A stretch of 50,111 nucleotides of DNA from a virus: positions 1 through 50,111 of the IMG/VR virus record IMGVR_UViG_3300003322_000802. One strand, written 5' to 3'. A model generated the notes under the pieces. That model worked only from the letters and a program-made list of their open reading frames with translations, made no database searches and was not told the DNA's origin. The position numbers and the translations under genes are program-made. This document shows, in pieces, positions 24,562-34,972 of this stretch; position 1 is the stretch's first letter; every line of letters starts with the position of its first letter.

Positions 24562-24960
24562 TCAGCTCATCTTGGGGCGGGTGGCGTAGGTGAAGATGGT
24601 GCCGGTGCCGCTCGCGTTGACGTACTTGACGCGCCACAGATGGTTCTTGGCGTTCATGGTTGAGTTACCGTACTTCCCCGCGGCGCCGCCGGTGGCCAGG
24701 GACCCGGTGCCCCCGTTGAAGTCGGTGTCCTGCTCCCAGTCATTGTCGTTGGCCAGGTTGGGGTCCTTCTTGTCGCTCTTCCACACGGTGAAGGTGCCGG
24801 TGGGGGTTCCGGTCCACACGATGGAGATGCCGAAGCCGTCGCTGCGCTCGCAGCTGACCGGGGACGAGTAGTAGGTGTTGGTGCCGCTGACCGCCACACC
24901 GTCCGATGGGAGGCCCAGGGTGGCGGGATCATTGATCGTCTGGTACAGATTGTAGCTCAC
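24562..24960 (-). CDS. Hypothetical virion-region protein (132 aa)
   Basis: ORF in the late operon. No motif recognised. Confidence 0.5.
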   Translation of the reverse strand: MSYNLYQTINDPATLGLPSDGVAVSGTNTYYSSPVSCERSDGFGISIVWTGTPTGTFTVWKSDKKDPNLANDNDWEQDTDFNGGTGSLATGGAAGKYGNSTMNAKNHLWRVKYVNASGTGTIFTYATRPKMS

Positions 24961-24964
24961 AGGG

Positions 24965-27241
24965 TTACCTCATCAGGGATTGGGTTCTGGTCATCGCGAC
25001 GTTACTATCGACAGCCGGGGGCCTGCCGCCGGAGGGAGAAGCGCTGGGGGCACTGTGTCCCCGCTTCCCCGTGGCCATGCCCTGGCCGCTGGGAATGAAC
25101 TGGGCCTGGAGAGCAGCGACGGAGGTGGGGTGCATCAGGCCATCCAGCGGCACCCGGAACGCGGTGGACAGCGCGGCTCTGGTGGGTAGGTCACTCTTCG
25201 CCTGCAGCTCCGGGGCCCGCTCCAGCAGCCGCAGCGCCGCGTGCTGCATCAGGGAGGGCACCGTGGCCCACAGCGCATCTGCCGCCGCCTGGTCCACTTG
25301 ACCCGTCAGCAGCCGCTCCATGGCCTGCATCGGATGCCGCACCGCCTCGTAGGCTGCCGCCAGGCGCTGGGTCTCCGTGTCGCTCGGGTGCCAGTCGCTG
25401 TTGAGGAAGTTGTTGGTGGCCCCTGGGTCCCGGGGAGCCACCTTACCCAGATGCTGCAGCCCCGCCATCAGCTGCTGGCTCATCTTGAGCGCCAGCTCCG
25501 GATCCACCGACTGGAGCGGTTCCGCGGCGGAGAAGGAGGCATCGGGGGCCACCTGCTGCATGGCCACGATTTCCCGGGCCCGGTTGGCGGCGAGGACCCG
25601 CGGATTCTTCGCGTCGTCCCTGCTGCCATCCAGCCGCTCCCGCAGCCGCTCGGTGACGGGAGCCATTCGCTTGACGGAGCGGGAGGCAACCGGAGCGATC
25701 TTCGCCACCAACTCCTCCACGTGGCCCATGGCTGCCGCACGGAGCCCCATGAGTTCCGCTACCACGGCGCCCGTCGAGAGGCCGCCGGCATGGTAGGCGA
25801 GGGCAGAGAGACCCACCCCGGCACCCGCGGCTCTGGCGACAGCCCCGGCCTTCCTAGCGGCAGCCAGCTTCGCGGTCTTGCCAATTAGACCCAGGAACGT
25901 GGAGCCCTTGTGGACATCGGCAGCGACGTGGCTATCGACGGTGGCCGCAACCTTCTTCAGCTGCAGCCGGTAGGCGTTGAGCCCATCCACCAGGCCATCC
26001 ACCGAGTCACTGGTCGGGCGCAGCCCCGCCTCCTTGAGGGTACCCGCGAGGCTGTCACGCATGGCGGCCCGGAGCCCATCCAGCTCGTTGCCCTTATCGG
26101 GGAGACCACGGCGAAGTTTCTCGATGAGATCCCCCGCCTTCGCGTCACCCATCCGGGCCAGCTCCTCGGGGGAGGAGGGAAGCCGCTTGAGGGCACCCCG
26201 CAGCTGAGCCATCTCACCAACCGCCTCCGCCGCCTGCCTGCCCATGGTGGGGATGTTGGCCTCGACCCCCGCCCGCTCCGCCGCCTCCTTCACAGCGGTC
26301 TGGTAGGCGCGGACCGCGTTGGCACCGGCTTCCCCGCCCTCCAGGGCCCCGGATCGTGCCCTACGCAGCAGCTCGCTTAGGTGATTAGCGGGACGTCCCT
26401 GGGCAGCAGCCGCGATCTTCACCTCATCAGCCGCCGCTGCCGTCTGCTTGACGAGCGCAGCCAGCCGCTTAGGGGTGACCTCCGCCTCCACCGTCTTCAG
26501 GGTACGGTCCACCGCCTGGTTGAATTCGGCAGCATGTTCCGAGAACTGGCGGAGACTGACGTTCTCCCGCTTCAGAACAGCTCTAGCAGCCTCAGCATGG
26601 CGTTCCGATAGCGCCCCCTCCGCATGGTCCGCGACCTTGTTGATGCCGCCAGAGAGCAAGCCAAGGCCGTAGGCGAAGAGGGCGCCGCTGCCCGCCCCTG
26701 CCGCCAGGGCCTCCACGGTCACGGGGTCATTGTTGAGGATGGCGTGGGATGCCGCGGCACCGGTACCCTGAATGGCACCCTCAAGTGCCAGAGCCGCCTT
26801 GGTCCCAGCCCCCAGGGCCCTACCCGAGAGGGCTGCCGCCGCCCCTGTTGGCGTGAGCCGCGCAATCTCAGCCGCCAGCCCCTCGCCACCCGAGAGAACA
26901 GCAGGCAGCGTGGCACCCAGCAGCTCCCCGGCTAGGCGGGTTCCCGGGTTGTACCTGGCCCTCGCTCTGTGGTCCTCACTGTCCAGCAGCCAATCAGAGA
27001 TGCCCAGAGAAGCACCGGACAGGGCCCCTTCCAGCCCCGCCCCGATCTGCTGACCGGTGGAGCTGTAGTAGCTCTCCGCCGCATGCTCCGTGAGTCGAGC
27101 CCCCTCGGCCTGCGGTGTCTCCTTGGTGTAGCCGAGACTCTTGAGGGACTCCAGCTGCTCGGGAGTGGCGGGGAGGACCTGACCGCTCTCCGAGGTGATG
27201 TTGATGGACGGGGCCGACTTGTACTCGCTATTGTCAGGCAC
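24965..27241 (-). CDS. Large Ala-rich internal virion/ejection-type protein (758 aa)
   Basis: Size, helical low-complexity composition, and its position after the tail genes, as in podovirus ejection proteins. Confidence 0.5.
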   Translation of the reverse strand: MPDNSEYKSAPSINITSESGQVLPATPEQLESLKSLGYTKETPQAEGARLTEHAAESYYSSTGQQIGAGLEGALSGASLGISDWLLDSEDHRARARYNPGTRLAGELLGATLPAVLSGGEGLAAEIARLTPTGAAAALSGRALGAGTKAALALEGAIQGTGAAASHAILNNDPVTVEALAAGAGSGALFAYGLGLLSGGINKVADHAEGALSERHAEAARAVLKRENVSLRQFSEHAAEFNQAVDRTLKTVEAEVTPKRLAALVKQTAAAADEVKIAAAAQGRPANHLSELLRRARSGALEGGEAGANAVRAYQTAVKEAAERAGVEANIPTMGRQAAEAVGEMAQLRGALKRLPSSPEELARMGDAKAGDLIEKLRRGLPDKGNELDGLRAAMRDSLAGTLKEAGLRPTSDSVDGLVDGLNAYRLQLKKVAATVDSHVAADVHKGSTFLGLIGKTAKLAAARKAGAVARAAGAGVGLSALAYHAGGLSTGAVVAELMGLRAAAMGHVEELVAKIAPVASRSVKRMAPVTERLRERLDGSRDDAKNPRVLAANRAREIVAMQQVAPDASFSAAEPLQSVDPELALKMSQQLMAGLQHLGKVAPRDPGATNNFLNSDWHPSDTETQRLAAAYEAVRHPMQAMERLLTGQVDQAAADALWATVPSLMQHAALRLLERAPELQAKSDLPTRAALSTAFRVPLDGLMHPTSVAALQAQFIPSGQGMATGKRGHSAPSASPSGGRPPAVDSNVAMTRTQSLMR

Positions 27242-27244
27242 TGA

Positions 27245-29428
27245 TTACTTTCTCCGAGTCTGCGTGCGAAGCGGCGCCTCGGTGGAGTAGCCCTCGACAG
27301 GGGCCGGGGAACTGTCAGCGGGGAAGCCGGTATCGGTGGCACCCTGGTACGGGATGCCCAGCTGGTCCAGAAGGTACCCGGCGTAGTAGGTCTTGTAGCC
27401 GAGCGATGTGTCCTCAGCGAGCGCTTTCAGTGTCTCCGCGGCCCTCTGCGCCTTCGCCTGCTGCTCCGGGTCCTGGGCGCCGATGTTGCGCTGCAGGTCA
27501 TGGTACAGGTAGTCCATCGACGACGCGTAGCTCGGCTCAATGCCCTTCAGCAGCTTGATGTTGCTATCGTAGCGATTGCTGGGATCCCGCAGCGACGGCT
27601 CGATGGAGTCCAGGGTCCCCGACTTGCTCTGCGCCTTGATGAACTGCTGCCAGGTGTCGCTGCCCGGCTTAGCGTTGATGCTCTGGTCGGTGAGATCCGA
27701 GTGGGGGGCCCGGGCCTCCTCGGAGCGGCGGCTGTAGAAGTCGCTGACCGGGGAAATATCCCGCTGACCCTTGACATCGGCCTCCGTCAGCTCCCCTCGC
27801 GCGTACTGGTTGATACCTGCCGTGGGGAACTGACCGCGAGCCTGCTCGGGGATGGCGACAGCATGGGCCCCGATGTAGCGATCCGCGGAGTCGATTCCCT
27901 CCTTGGTGAGGTCGCTGATCATCAGCCGCACCTTCTCCTGGCCATCCCGGTTGAGCCAGGTATCCAGGGGGAAGCGCTGCTCCAGGGCCTTGCGCTCTGC
28001 ATCCGACGCCTGCTTACCCGACTTAGCCAGCACATAGTCGGCGATTAGACCCGCACGGAACGACTGGACCTGACTCGCGAACTTATCGTTCAGCATCGCC
28101 TTGCCCCAGCCGCCGTAGACCTCCCCGGCCTCGCGGCTGAGGTCCTCGTAGGCACGGTACCGATCCGTGAGCGACGACTGAGCCGCCTCGCGGGTGCGAA
28201 TCTCGTCCTTGGTCTCGGGATTGGTGCCGGGGAGCGCCATCCACTTGGCCTGGCCCTTGCCGCTCTTGCTGGTGTCGAAGATGACGTCACCCAGGGGATT
28301 GGCCGCAGCCTTCGCCGCCGAGGCTCTAGCGTTGGCCTCCTGCTGCGCGATTGCAATTCTCTTCGACTCCTGACTGGCTGCCACCTCCGCCTTCCATCGA
28401 TCCAGCTCCAGACCGCTCTGCTGCATGTACTGGTTGAAGTAGCGATCCGTCAGCTGCCCCAGGGTCTTATTCAGCTCGGCCCTCAGGTCAGCGGAGGCAA
28501 CCATGCCCTTGGCGGTGGCGAGACGGGAGTTGTACTTCGACATCTCGCTGTCCATGGCGGTGGCGGCCTGCGCCAGCATCAAGCCACGGAGCCGGGTACG
28601 TGCCTCGCTATCATCCGAGGCTTCTGCTCTCGCCATCTGCCACAGCCGCGCCTGGTCCTCACTCAGCTGATGACCCTGCGCGATCTGCTGCTCCTGCAGC
28701 TGGATGTTGCGGTCCACCATGTTGCTCACCATGCCCCGGACATCAGCCACCGGAATGCCCTGGCTACCCAGGAATCCCTGGGCAAAAAGAGCGGCAGCCA
28801 ACCCCATGCCCTGACCCGCGGACAGCTTGAGGCCGGGATTCACCTGCATCGCTGCAGCCTGAGCAGCGGTCTGCTCGAATCGGGCACGGTATTGTACCGT
28901 TCTCTCACGGGCCAGATCAGCGGCGGTTGCCTCTGCGGCAGCAAACATGGACGCCATGCGCGCCTGCTCCCGGTAGAGCGAGGAACGAGCCGCCTCCTGC
29001 TCACTCATCACCTGGGACTGCTGCCCCACCGCCTCCCGCTGGAACTCGTTGGTGATGGCGGCCATCTGAGCTTCCCGATGGAAGCTGTCGTTGGCTTGCT
29101 CGTAGGCCTGGTTCTGCTTCCTATCCAGCCGCGTCTGCGTCGACTTCACCGCCTGGTTGCGACCCAGCGAGAAACCGGACTCCCCCTGGCTCTGCGAGTA
29201 GCCGTGGGATTGTCCAGGCTGAATAGGAGGTGGCTGATTCAGGTCACTTGACGTAGGGAGCGTAGGGGCGGGCTGCGGAGTTGGCGAAGCCGGCTGAGGC
29301 TGAGGCTGAGGCTGAGCAGCAGCGGAGGCGTACGGGGGGAGCGCCTGCTCCTGTGGCTTGACTACAGGGTCCTGCGCCGCGGCAGCCACCGCCACATCAT
29401 TCTCATCGGGAACAAACTGCCAGGGCAC
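27245..29428 (-). CDS. Large Gln/Ala-rich coiled-coil internal virion/ejection-type protein (727 aa)
   Basis: Composition and position. The N-terminal QPQPQPQP stretch is encoded by a hexamer repeat. Confidence 0.5.
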   Translation of the reverse strand: MPWQFVPDENDVAVAAAAQDPVVKPQEQALPPYASAAAQPQPQPQPASPTPQPAPTLPTSSDLNQPPPIQPGQSHGYSQSQGESGFSLGRNQAVKSTQTRLDRKQNQAYEQANDSFHREAQMAAITNEFQREAVGQQSQVMSEQEAARSSLYREQARMASMFAAAEATAADLARERTVQYRARFEQTAAQAAAMQVNPGLKLSAGQGMGLAAALFAQGFLGSQGIPVADVRGMVSNMVDRNIQLQEQQIAQGHQLSEDQARLWQMARAEASDDSEARTRLRGLMLAQAATAMDSEMSKYNSRLATAKGMVASADLRAELNKTLGQLTDRYFNQYMQQSGLELDRWKAEVAASQESKRIAIAQQEANARASAAKAAANPLGDVIFDTSKSGKGQAKWMALPGTNPETKDEIRTREAAQSSLTDRYRAYEDLSREAGEVYGGWGKAMLNDKFASQVQSFRAGLIADYVLAKSGKQASDAERKALEQRFPLDTWLNRDGQEKVRLMISDLTKEGIDSADRYIGAHAVAIPEQARGQFPTAGINQYARGELTEADVKGQRDISPVSDFYSRRSEEARAPHSDLTDQSINAKPGSDTWQQFIKAQSKSGTLDSIEPSLRDPSNRYDSNIKLLKGIEPSYASSMDYLYHDLQRNIGAQDPEQQAKAQRAAETLKALAEDTSLGYKTYYAGYLLDQLGIPYQGATDTGFPADSSPAPVEGYSTEAPLRTQTRRK
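29292..29315. repeat. Tandem hexamer (GGCTGA)x4, encoding QPQPQPQP on the minus strand
   Basis: Direct reading. Confidence 0.9.
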
Positions 29429-29437
29429 TGGGTCTCC

Positions 29438-30331
29438 TTACGGCTTCGGGTTGAATCCGGTCTGGTACGGATTGCTGATCGCGTAGTCACTCGGCATACC
29501 GGCCTGGTTGGGCTGCCAGACGGGGGCACCATTGACGGTGAAGTTGTTGGGGTTCATGCCGGGGGTACCCAGCGGTGCATTCGGCTGATTCTGGGTGGAG
29601 CCGGTGGCCTGCAGAATGGCAGGGTAGGCGCTAGCTCCGCCAGCCAGGATCGAGGCGCCGGTGGACGGGGTGACGCCGTACGCGGTGCCACCTGCCGCCT
29701 GGAGCGCCGCCAGCTGCTGGCTACGGATGTTGGCCGCCTGCGCGTTCTGCTCATGGGCATTGAACATGTTGACCGCCTCATCCCCCGCGCGGCCCTGGTT
29801 GATGGTATTTCCCAGGAGCCCAATGGCCCCCAGCTGCTCATTGACGCGCATCAGGCCCAGGTCCCGGGCCCCCTGGCTCTGGATGGCCATGGCGTTGTTC
29901 CTAGCCGCGAGCAGCGCCGCGCCGGCATTGACACCGTGGCCAATGGAGCCGGCGGCAAGGGACGACTGGGCAGCGGTGGCCCGGTCCATGGCTTCCCGCA
30001 TCTGCATCGCGGCCGCCGAGGGACCCTCGCCTCGGGCCATTGCCTCCTGCTGCGCGATCAGTGCCGCCTGGTTCTTGCGGAAGTCACTGTACCCCGCCTG
30101 CGCCGCGGGTCCGCTCTTGGCGAAATCCTTCTCCAGCTGAAGAAGCCGCTGCCGCAGCACCTCATCGTACTTCTGGCCGCCGGAGCTACCGAAGTAGCCC
30201 ATGAGGCCGCCACCGATGGCGCCGATGGCACCACCAATCAGGGCCCCGTAGGGTCCCGCCGCGGATCCCGCCGCGGCACCGGTCATGGCGCCGCCGAGGG
30301 CTCCTTGTGCTGTATCTCCACCTCTACCCAT
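29438..30331 (-). CDS. Gly/Ala-rich (glycine-zipper) internal virion-type protein (297 aa)
   Basis: N-terminal GxxxG-rich hydrophobic segment followed by Q/A-rich helices. The start codon shares one nucleotide (30331) with the stop codon of the upstream 30331..33549 gene; a 6-nt gap separates it from the downstream 27245..29428 gene. Confidence 0.5.
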   Translation of the reverse strand: MGRGGDTAQGALGGAMTGAAAGSAAGPYGALIGGAIGAIGGGLMGYFGSSGGQKYDEVLRQRLLQLEKDFAKSGPAAQAGYSDFRKNQAALIAQQEAMARGEGPSAAAMQMREAMDRATAAQSSLAAGSIGHGVNAGAALLAARNNAMAIQSQGARDLGLMRVNEQLGAIGLLGNTINQGRAGDEAVNMFNAHEQNAQAANIRSQQLAALQAAGGTAYGVTPSTGASILAGGASAYPAILQATGSTQNQPNAPLGTPGMNPNNFTVNGAPVWQPNQAGMPSDYAISNPYQTGFNPKP

Positions 30332-33300
30332 TAGGTACCTCCAAAAGTCCGGGGCGGAGTGTTAGTCAGCCCAGTCTCCATGCCGAGTTCCACCGCCACC
30401 TCATTGACGATGAAGCTATTGTTGGGTGCCCCCTGATCACTGAACCGGAAGCTGATGAGGGCTCCCTTGTCCCGGGGCAGTCGTCGCCGGAATCGGTACA
30501 CGCCGTCGGGGGACTGGACGCTGGGATCCACCCATAGCGTGGGGTCCGTGTCCCAGGTGCCTGTCCCTGATCCCCATTCCACAACCGACAGGTGGGTGGT
30601 TGGGTCCCAGGTGCAGAAGTCATCCCAGTTGGGGGCACCATCGTAGTAGGTCCAAATCCCCAGCTCATGGGGGCCACGGTACTCGCCGGTGAGGGAGAGC
30701 CACTTGAAGCGGTTGTCGCCCTGCAGCAGCTCCGTGGGCCGCAGATCCCCGGTCCAGAAGGCGAACTCGTAGTGGTTGCCGCCATCCGTCTCGGCGCTGG
30801 TATCCTCCACCAGCACCATGCCATCCGGCTGCACAATCACCGCGCCACGGGACTTCGGGTAGTACACGGCACCCGCAGCTCGCAGCGGGAACCACACGGC
30901 CCACCGGTTACCGAGAGGCCCCCGCATCGAGTAGTCCCACATCAGGGCCCGGCCATCCGAGGTGTACCAGCGGACCTCGCGGCTCTGGCCATTCACCACG
31001 CAACCGGTGACCATCGAGCCCAGCTCCCGAGCCAGTGGCTCCACCTCCTGGCTGATGTCCTCGATCCCGAAGCCATGGGTCAGCAGCCGCGGGCCGCTGT
31101 CGCTCCAGAACACCAGCCCCGCCTCGCAGAGCCCCGTCCCCTGGTGGTTCAGGGCCCCGGTGCCCGGGATCACCAGTTGGGGACGGAAGGAGCCGCTGCC
31201 GAAGTTATCCGGGCCATCCCCCGTCACCGCGTAGATGGCATCCCGCTGGAAGGCCATCATGGAGGAGTTGAAGGGGCAGAGGGACGTGATCTCGTGGCCC
31301 GTGGCATCGAGATCCACGAAGCCGGCCCCCTGATCCCATCCCGCCTGCTCCCCGTCCTCCCGCAACTTGGTGAAGGCGACGCGGCCAGGAACCAGGCTGC
31401 CACCTGAGAAGAAGAGGCGATCCCCCGAGGCGGTCAGCGTGGTGCAACCGGGGAGCGCGAACTCCAGCAGCTCGCTGGCGGCACCCACCTGTGCGGCTCG
31501 CGGATCCGTGGGGAGGTTCCGCAGCGTGGAGTCGGGGGTGCCGTCGTCGAAGCTGATGGTGTTGGACGCGGTGTTGGGGATGTTGCTGGCAACCAGGTAG
31601 TACGCGGAGCCACTCGATAGGCTGGTGTCGGTGCCGTAGATCTCGAAGTAGACGTCGGTACCCGAGGCACTCATGTTGCTGGTGAAGGTGACGGTGTTGG
31701 TGTTGTTGCCGCCACCCACCGCCGGCGCCGTGAAGCTCTCCGCGGGGCTCATGGAGATCTCACCGGAGGCGTTGCGACGAACCGCATACACCCGGTAGCT
31801 GCGGACAGCACCCGGGGTGAGGGACCCGGTGGAATTCTTGCTGGTGACCCCCGTCACCTCCGGGTACTCCAGCAACCCCGCCTCCAGGCACTGGTATCCG
31901 TCGAAGGCCTGGACCACGCTACCGGCGCAGTAGAGGGCGGCCCCGAACTGAGCGGCTCGGAGGGGAGGCAGGAAGTCGAGGCTGATGATAGTCGGTTGGT
32001 AGTCGACCAGCAGCCCCGGGAAGAAGCGGGTCCTGGTGGCTGTGGTGATCCACTTGGCGGTGGAGGGGGAATCCAGGGCCCCGTACCTCTGGCCCGGCTC
32101 GGGGCGAACCCCCATCAGGTGGCTGCTGGTGGCTGGGGTCACGCCCGCCGTCTCGCCTCGGCACCAGGCGCCGATGGTGGAGGCACGAGCCCCGGTGGAC
32201 GGCTGGGTGAGCAGGTAGATGAAGTCCTGCACGGAGCCGCTGGAGGGGGCGCGGGGGCTCAGCTGCAGCCCCACCATCACGTTGTCCCCCACCCGGAATG
32301 CCCGCGTAGCGAGGTAGCAGTGGTACCTCACAGGGAAGTTGACAGGGGCCCCGATCGGCGTGAACTGGCGCGATTGCACCTGCGTCACGCTGCCCGGCGC
32401 CACCTCCGCGAAGGCGGTGAACTGGGGGCGGGAGGAGCTATCGTAGTTCCAGTGGCCCGCGACAGCCAGCCGGTCCGGCACCGTGGCGCTGAGGGACACC
32501 GTGTTGATGAGCATGGCGCCGGCCTCGGTGAACACGCCGCAGTTGGCCCCCGCCGCATGGCCCCAGGCGACGCCGATGTATCCGTCACGGCCCTTGCAGA
32601 TGGCCACCTGCCCATTGGGGGTGGCACCGCCCGTCGTGAGCACGGTGCCGGAGCTGGCGGGGACGCTGGTCTGGGAGAAGCCGTGCCAGTACCCGATCTT
32701 GATCTGGCTGCCATCCCGCCAACCGACGATGAAGTCAGAGTCGCTGATGACATCCACATCGAACTGCCCGGAGCAGTTGGCCACGGCGGTCCCCTGCACC
32801 CAGGTCTCCGGGTTGAAGTCGTTGGCGTAGCTACGGAACAGGTTGGTGCCATCGGTCCAGAGCGCCACGAAGTACCCGTTGCTGTAGACCACGGTGCCGT
32901 TGCCCACCGAGGGGCTGCCGGCGGAGGCGCTGATCTCCAGATCCCGCAGAATCCAGGCACCCGTCCCCCGGTGGCGGACACTGGCGTAGAGGCGGCCCGA
33001 CCGCTTGTAGACGATGGCGATGTTGGTGGGGCTCACCGCGGCATCCGTGTACTCGCCGTGGCTGGTACCCAGATCCCATCGATCCTCCACGGAGGTGGGC
33101 AGGTAGGCGGGGATGCCTCGGCTATCCAGCCAGCGCTCGCTGTCGTCGCGGCGAACCAGGAAGCGGTCCCCGGTCCAGCCCACCAGGCTATCCCCCAGGA
33201 CACTAATGCCGCCGCCCCGCGTCTGCCGGGGCATGTAGGGAGGCTTCACGGGAGCCGCAGGGAACCCCTGGTACGTCATGTCACCCCACCCGTACAGCCA

Positions 33301-33549
33301 GGGGCGAACCTCCTCAACGTCCACCTGCGGGTAGTCATCGTAGCTGATCATGGGCGCCGCGATGTGCCCGTTCCTCTTCGCGATGGCCCTGTCATGGAGG
33401 AACATACCGTTGAGTAACTCCCTGAGCGCCACCGGGGAGCGGGATGCGGCTCCCTCCCTAAGATCCACGCCAGCGGTACCCACCGGGATGGAGAAGGGGC
33501 CCTTGGTGATGCTGTGCTGCTCGCTGTTTCCGTTGCGCTCACCGGCCAT
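30331..33549 (-). CDS. Large tail/nozzle-type structural protein (1072 aa)
   Basis: Largest ORF of the late arm, beta-rich composition. The role is inferred from its position between the head and ejection genes only. Confidence 0.45.
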   Translation of the reverse strand: MAGERNGNSEQHSITKGPFSIPVGTAGVDLREGAASRSPVALRELLNGMFLHDRAIAKRNGHIAAPMISYDDYPQVDVEEVRPWLYGWGDMTYQGFPAAPVKPPYMPRQTRGGGISVLGDSLVGWTGDRFLVRRDDSERWLDSRGIPAYLPTSVEDRWDLGTSHGEYTDAAVSPTNIAIVYKRSGRLYASVRHRGTGAWILRDLEISASAGSPSVGNGTVVYSNGYFVALWTDGTNLFRSYANDFNPETWVQGTAVANCSGQFDVDVISDSDFIVGWRDGSQIKIGYWHGFSQTSVPASSGTVLTTGGATPNGQVAICKGRDGYIGVAWGHAAGANCGVFTEAGAMLINTVSLSATVPDRLAVAGHWNYDSSSRPQFTAFAEVAPGSVTQVQSRQFTPIGAPVNFPVRYHCYLATRAFRVGDNVMVGLQLSPRAPSSGSVQDFIYLLTQPSTGARASTIGAWCRGETAGVTPATSSHLMGVRPEPGQRYGALDSPSTAKWITTATRTRFFPGLLVDYQPTIISLDFLPPLRAAQFGAALYCAGSVVQAFDGYQCLEAGLLEYPEVTGVTSKNSTGSLTPGAVRSYRVYAVRRNASGEISMSPAESFTAPAVGGGNNTNTVTFTSNMSASGTDVYFEIYGTDTSLSSGSAYYLVASNIPNTASNTISFDDGTPDSTLRNLPTDPRAAQVGAASELLEFALPGCTTLTASGDRLFFSGGSLVPGRVAFTKLREDGEQAGWDQGAGFVDLDATGHEITSLCPFNSSMMAFQRDAIYAVTGDGPDNFGSGSFRPQLVIPGTGALNHQGTGLCEAGLVFWSDSGPRLLTHGFGIEDISQEVEPLARELGSMVTGCVVNGQSREVRWYTSDGRALMWDYSMRGPLGNRWAVWFPLRAAGAVYYPKSRGAVIVQPDGMVLVEDTSAETDGGNHYEFAFWTGDLRPTELLQGDNRFKWLSLTGEYRGPHELGIWTYYDGAPNWDDFCTWDPTTHLSVVEWGSGTGTWDTDPTLWVDPSVQSPDGVYRFRRRLPRDKGALISFRFSDQGAPNNSFIVNEVAVELGMETGLTNTPPRTFGGT

Positions 33550-33564
33550 GGGGTCTCCTCAAAG

Positions 33565-34635
33565 TCACACCGAGTCGAACAGGCCGGCGATCAGGCGCAC
33601 CGTGTCATTGACGGCGGGCAGCTTGATGCGGACATGGTAGGTCTTGTTAGCTACAAAGTTCTGCGGGGTGGTGAAGCTGACAGAGAGGGAGCCGAGACCC
33701 ACCGTGTTGGTGGTGGGGGTCAACGACTCACTCACCGGGATCACCGAGACGGCGGTGGCATCGTGGCTGAACAGTTCCAGCTCCAGGGTTCCCGCCGTGG
33801 TCTTGCTGTAGTAGATGGTGACCGAGATGTAGCGACGCCAGGTCTCCAGGGGAGGCAGGTAGAAGTAGATGTCACCCGGGGCGCCACCCGTGATCTGGAC
33901 CGAGGTGAGGGCTTGGTTGTAGGTGACACCGCCGCCCGCGAAGAGGACCCGGGGCTTGTCGCTGATGACGAAGTTACCGTGCTTGATCTTGCCGCTGCCG
34001 GAGAAGCTGATGGATCCACTCATGGGCAGATCCTGATCCACGGTACCCGACGACTGCACCAGCCCCGCGTTGGTCTGCCGGAGCACCGCCAGGCCACTGG
34101 CATTGGGGGCCCCCAGCTGCCAGGTCTGCGCCGTGTTCTGCGCTGGGTCCGCCTTCAGCGTGGTCCAGTTACCGTTGTTGCGCAGCTTGACCAGCTGGCA
34201 CTCGAGATCCGAGTAATCGTTGGTGTCGCCGGTGAAGCTGTAGGTGTCGGTGAGGTCCGTGTAGGTGACCCGCGCCGGGTTGGTGCCACCGAAGTCACCG
34301 CTGATGCCGCCCAGGCCGCTGGCGTTGATCTGGCCGTTGAGGGTCAGGCGAACGGCACCGTTGCTGGTCTGTACGAAGAGGTCACCCGACTGCATGTACA
34401 GGGTGCCGGTGGGGAGACCCACGGCGCTAGCAAGGTTATCCAGCTGCACCTTCGACAGGCTGCTCAGCGCATGGCCCTGGGCACTGAGGTCCGAGGTCCA
34501 GGAGAATTCGCTGGGCAGGATCTTGGGCTCGATGTCCGCCTGGAACGCCTGGAGAATGGCAACCAGCTTGGCAACGGCGACCGAGGTGGTGTCCCCCACC
34601 ACGGGGTAGTTGAGATTGAGCGGTGTACCTGGCAT
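33565..34635 (-). CDS. Tail fibre/tail-associated structural protein (356 aa)
   Basis: Gly/Ser/Thr/Asn-rich beta-type composition in the late operon. Confidence 0.45.
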   Translation of the reverse strand: MPGTPLNLNYPVVGDTTSVAVAKLVAILQAFQADIEPKILPSEFSWTSDLSAQGHALSSLSKVQLDNLASAVGLPTGTLYMQSGDLFVQTSNGAVRLTLNGQINASGLGGISGDFGGTNPARVTYTDLTDTYSFTGDTNDYSDLECQLVKLRNNGNWTTLKADPAQNTAQTWQLGAPNASGLAVLRQTNAGLVQSSGTVDQDLPMSGSISFSGSGKIKHGNFVISDKPRVLFAGGGVTYNQALTSVQITGGAPGDIYFYLPPLETWRRYISVTIYYSKTTAGTLELELFSHDATAVSVIPVSESLTPTTNTVGLGSLSVSFTTPQNFVANKTYHVRIKLPAVNDTVRLIAGLFDSV

Positions 34636-34649
34636 GTATCCTCGGAAGA

Positions 34650-34961
34650 TTAGAATACCCAGAGCCGGAAGGTGCCGGCGCCGGTGGAGCGGAGTGGTAG
34701 GACGGTGGAGCTGGCGGCGGTGGTGCCGTCGTAGAGGCGGATGTCGGCGGTACGGCCCTCCACGATGTAGCCCTCGGGGATGCGACCCAGGCCATGGGTG
34801 ACACGAAGCTCCGTGGCACCGGGGAAAGTCACCTCGATGCGGTTACCCCAGAGCCGGGGCTGATCGATGAGGCGCTGCAGGAAGTCGCTGGTCTCACGGG
34901 CCACCAGGTCCGCGGCCATGTCAGCGAGGCGCCGCAGGAGCGGCAATTTGGGGGCGGCCAC
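34650..34961 (-). CDS. Hypothetical virion-region protein (103 aa)
   Basis: ORF in the late operon. Confidence 0.5.
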   Translation of the reverse strand: MAAPKLPLLRRLADMAADLVARETSDFLQRLIDQPRLWGNRIEVTFPGATELRVTHGLGRIPEGYIVEGRTADIRLYDGTTAASSTVLPLRSTGAGTFRLWVF

Positions 34962-34972
34962 GATCTACCCAT

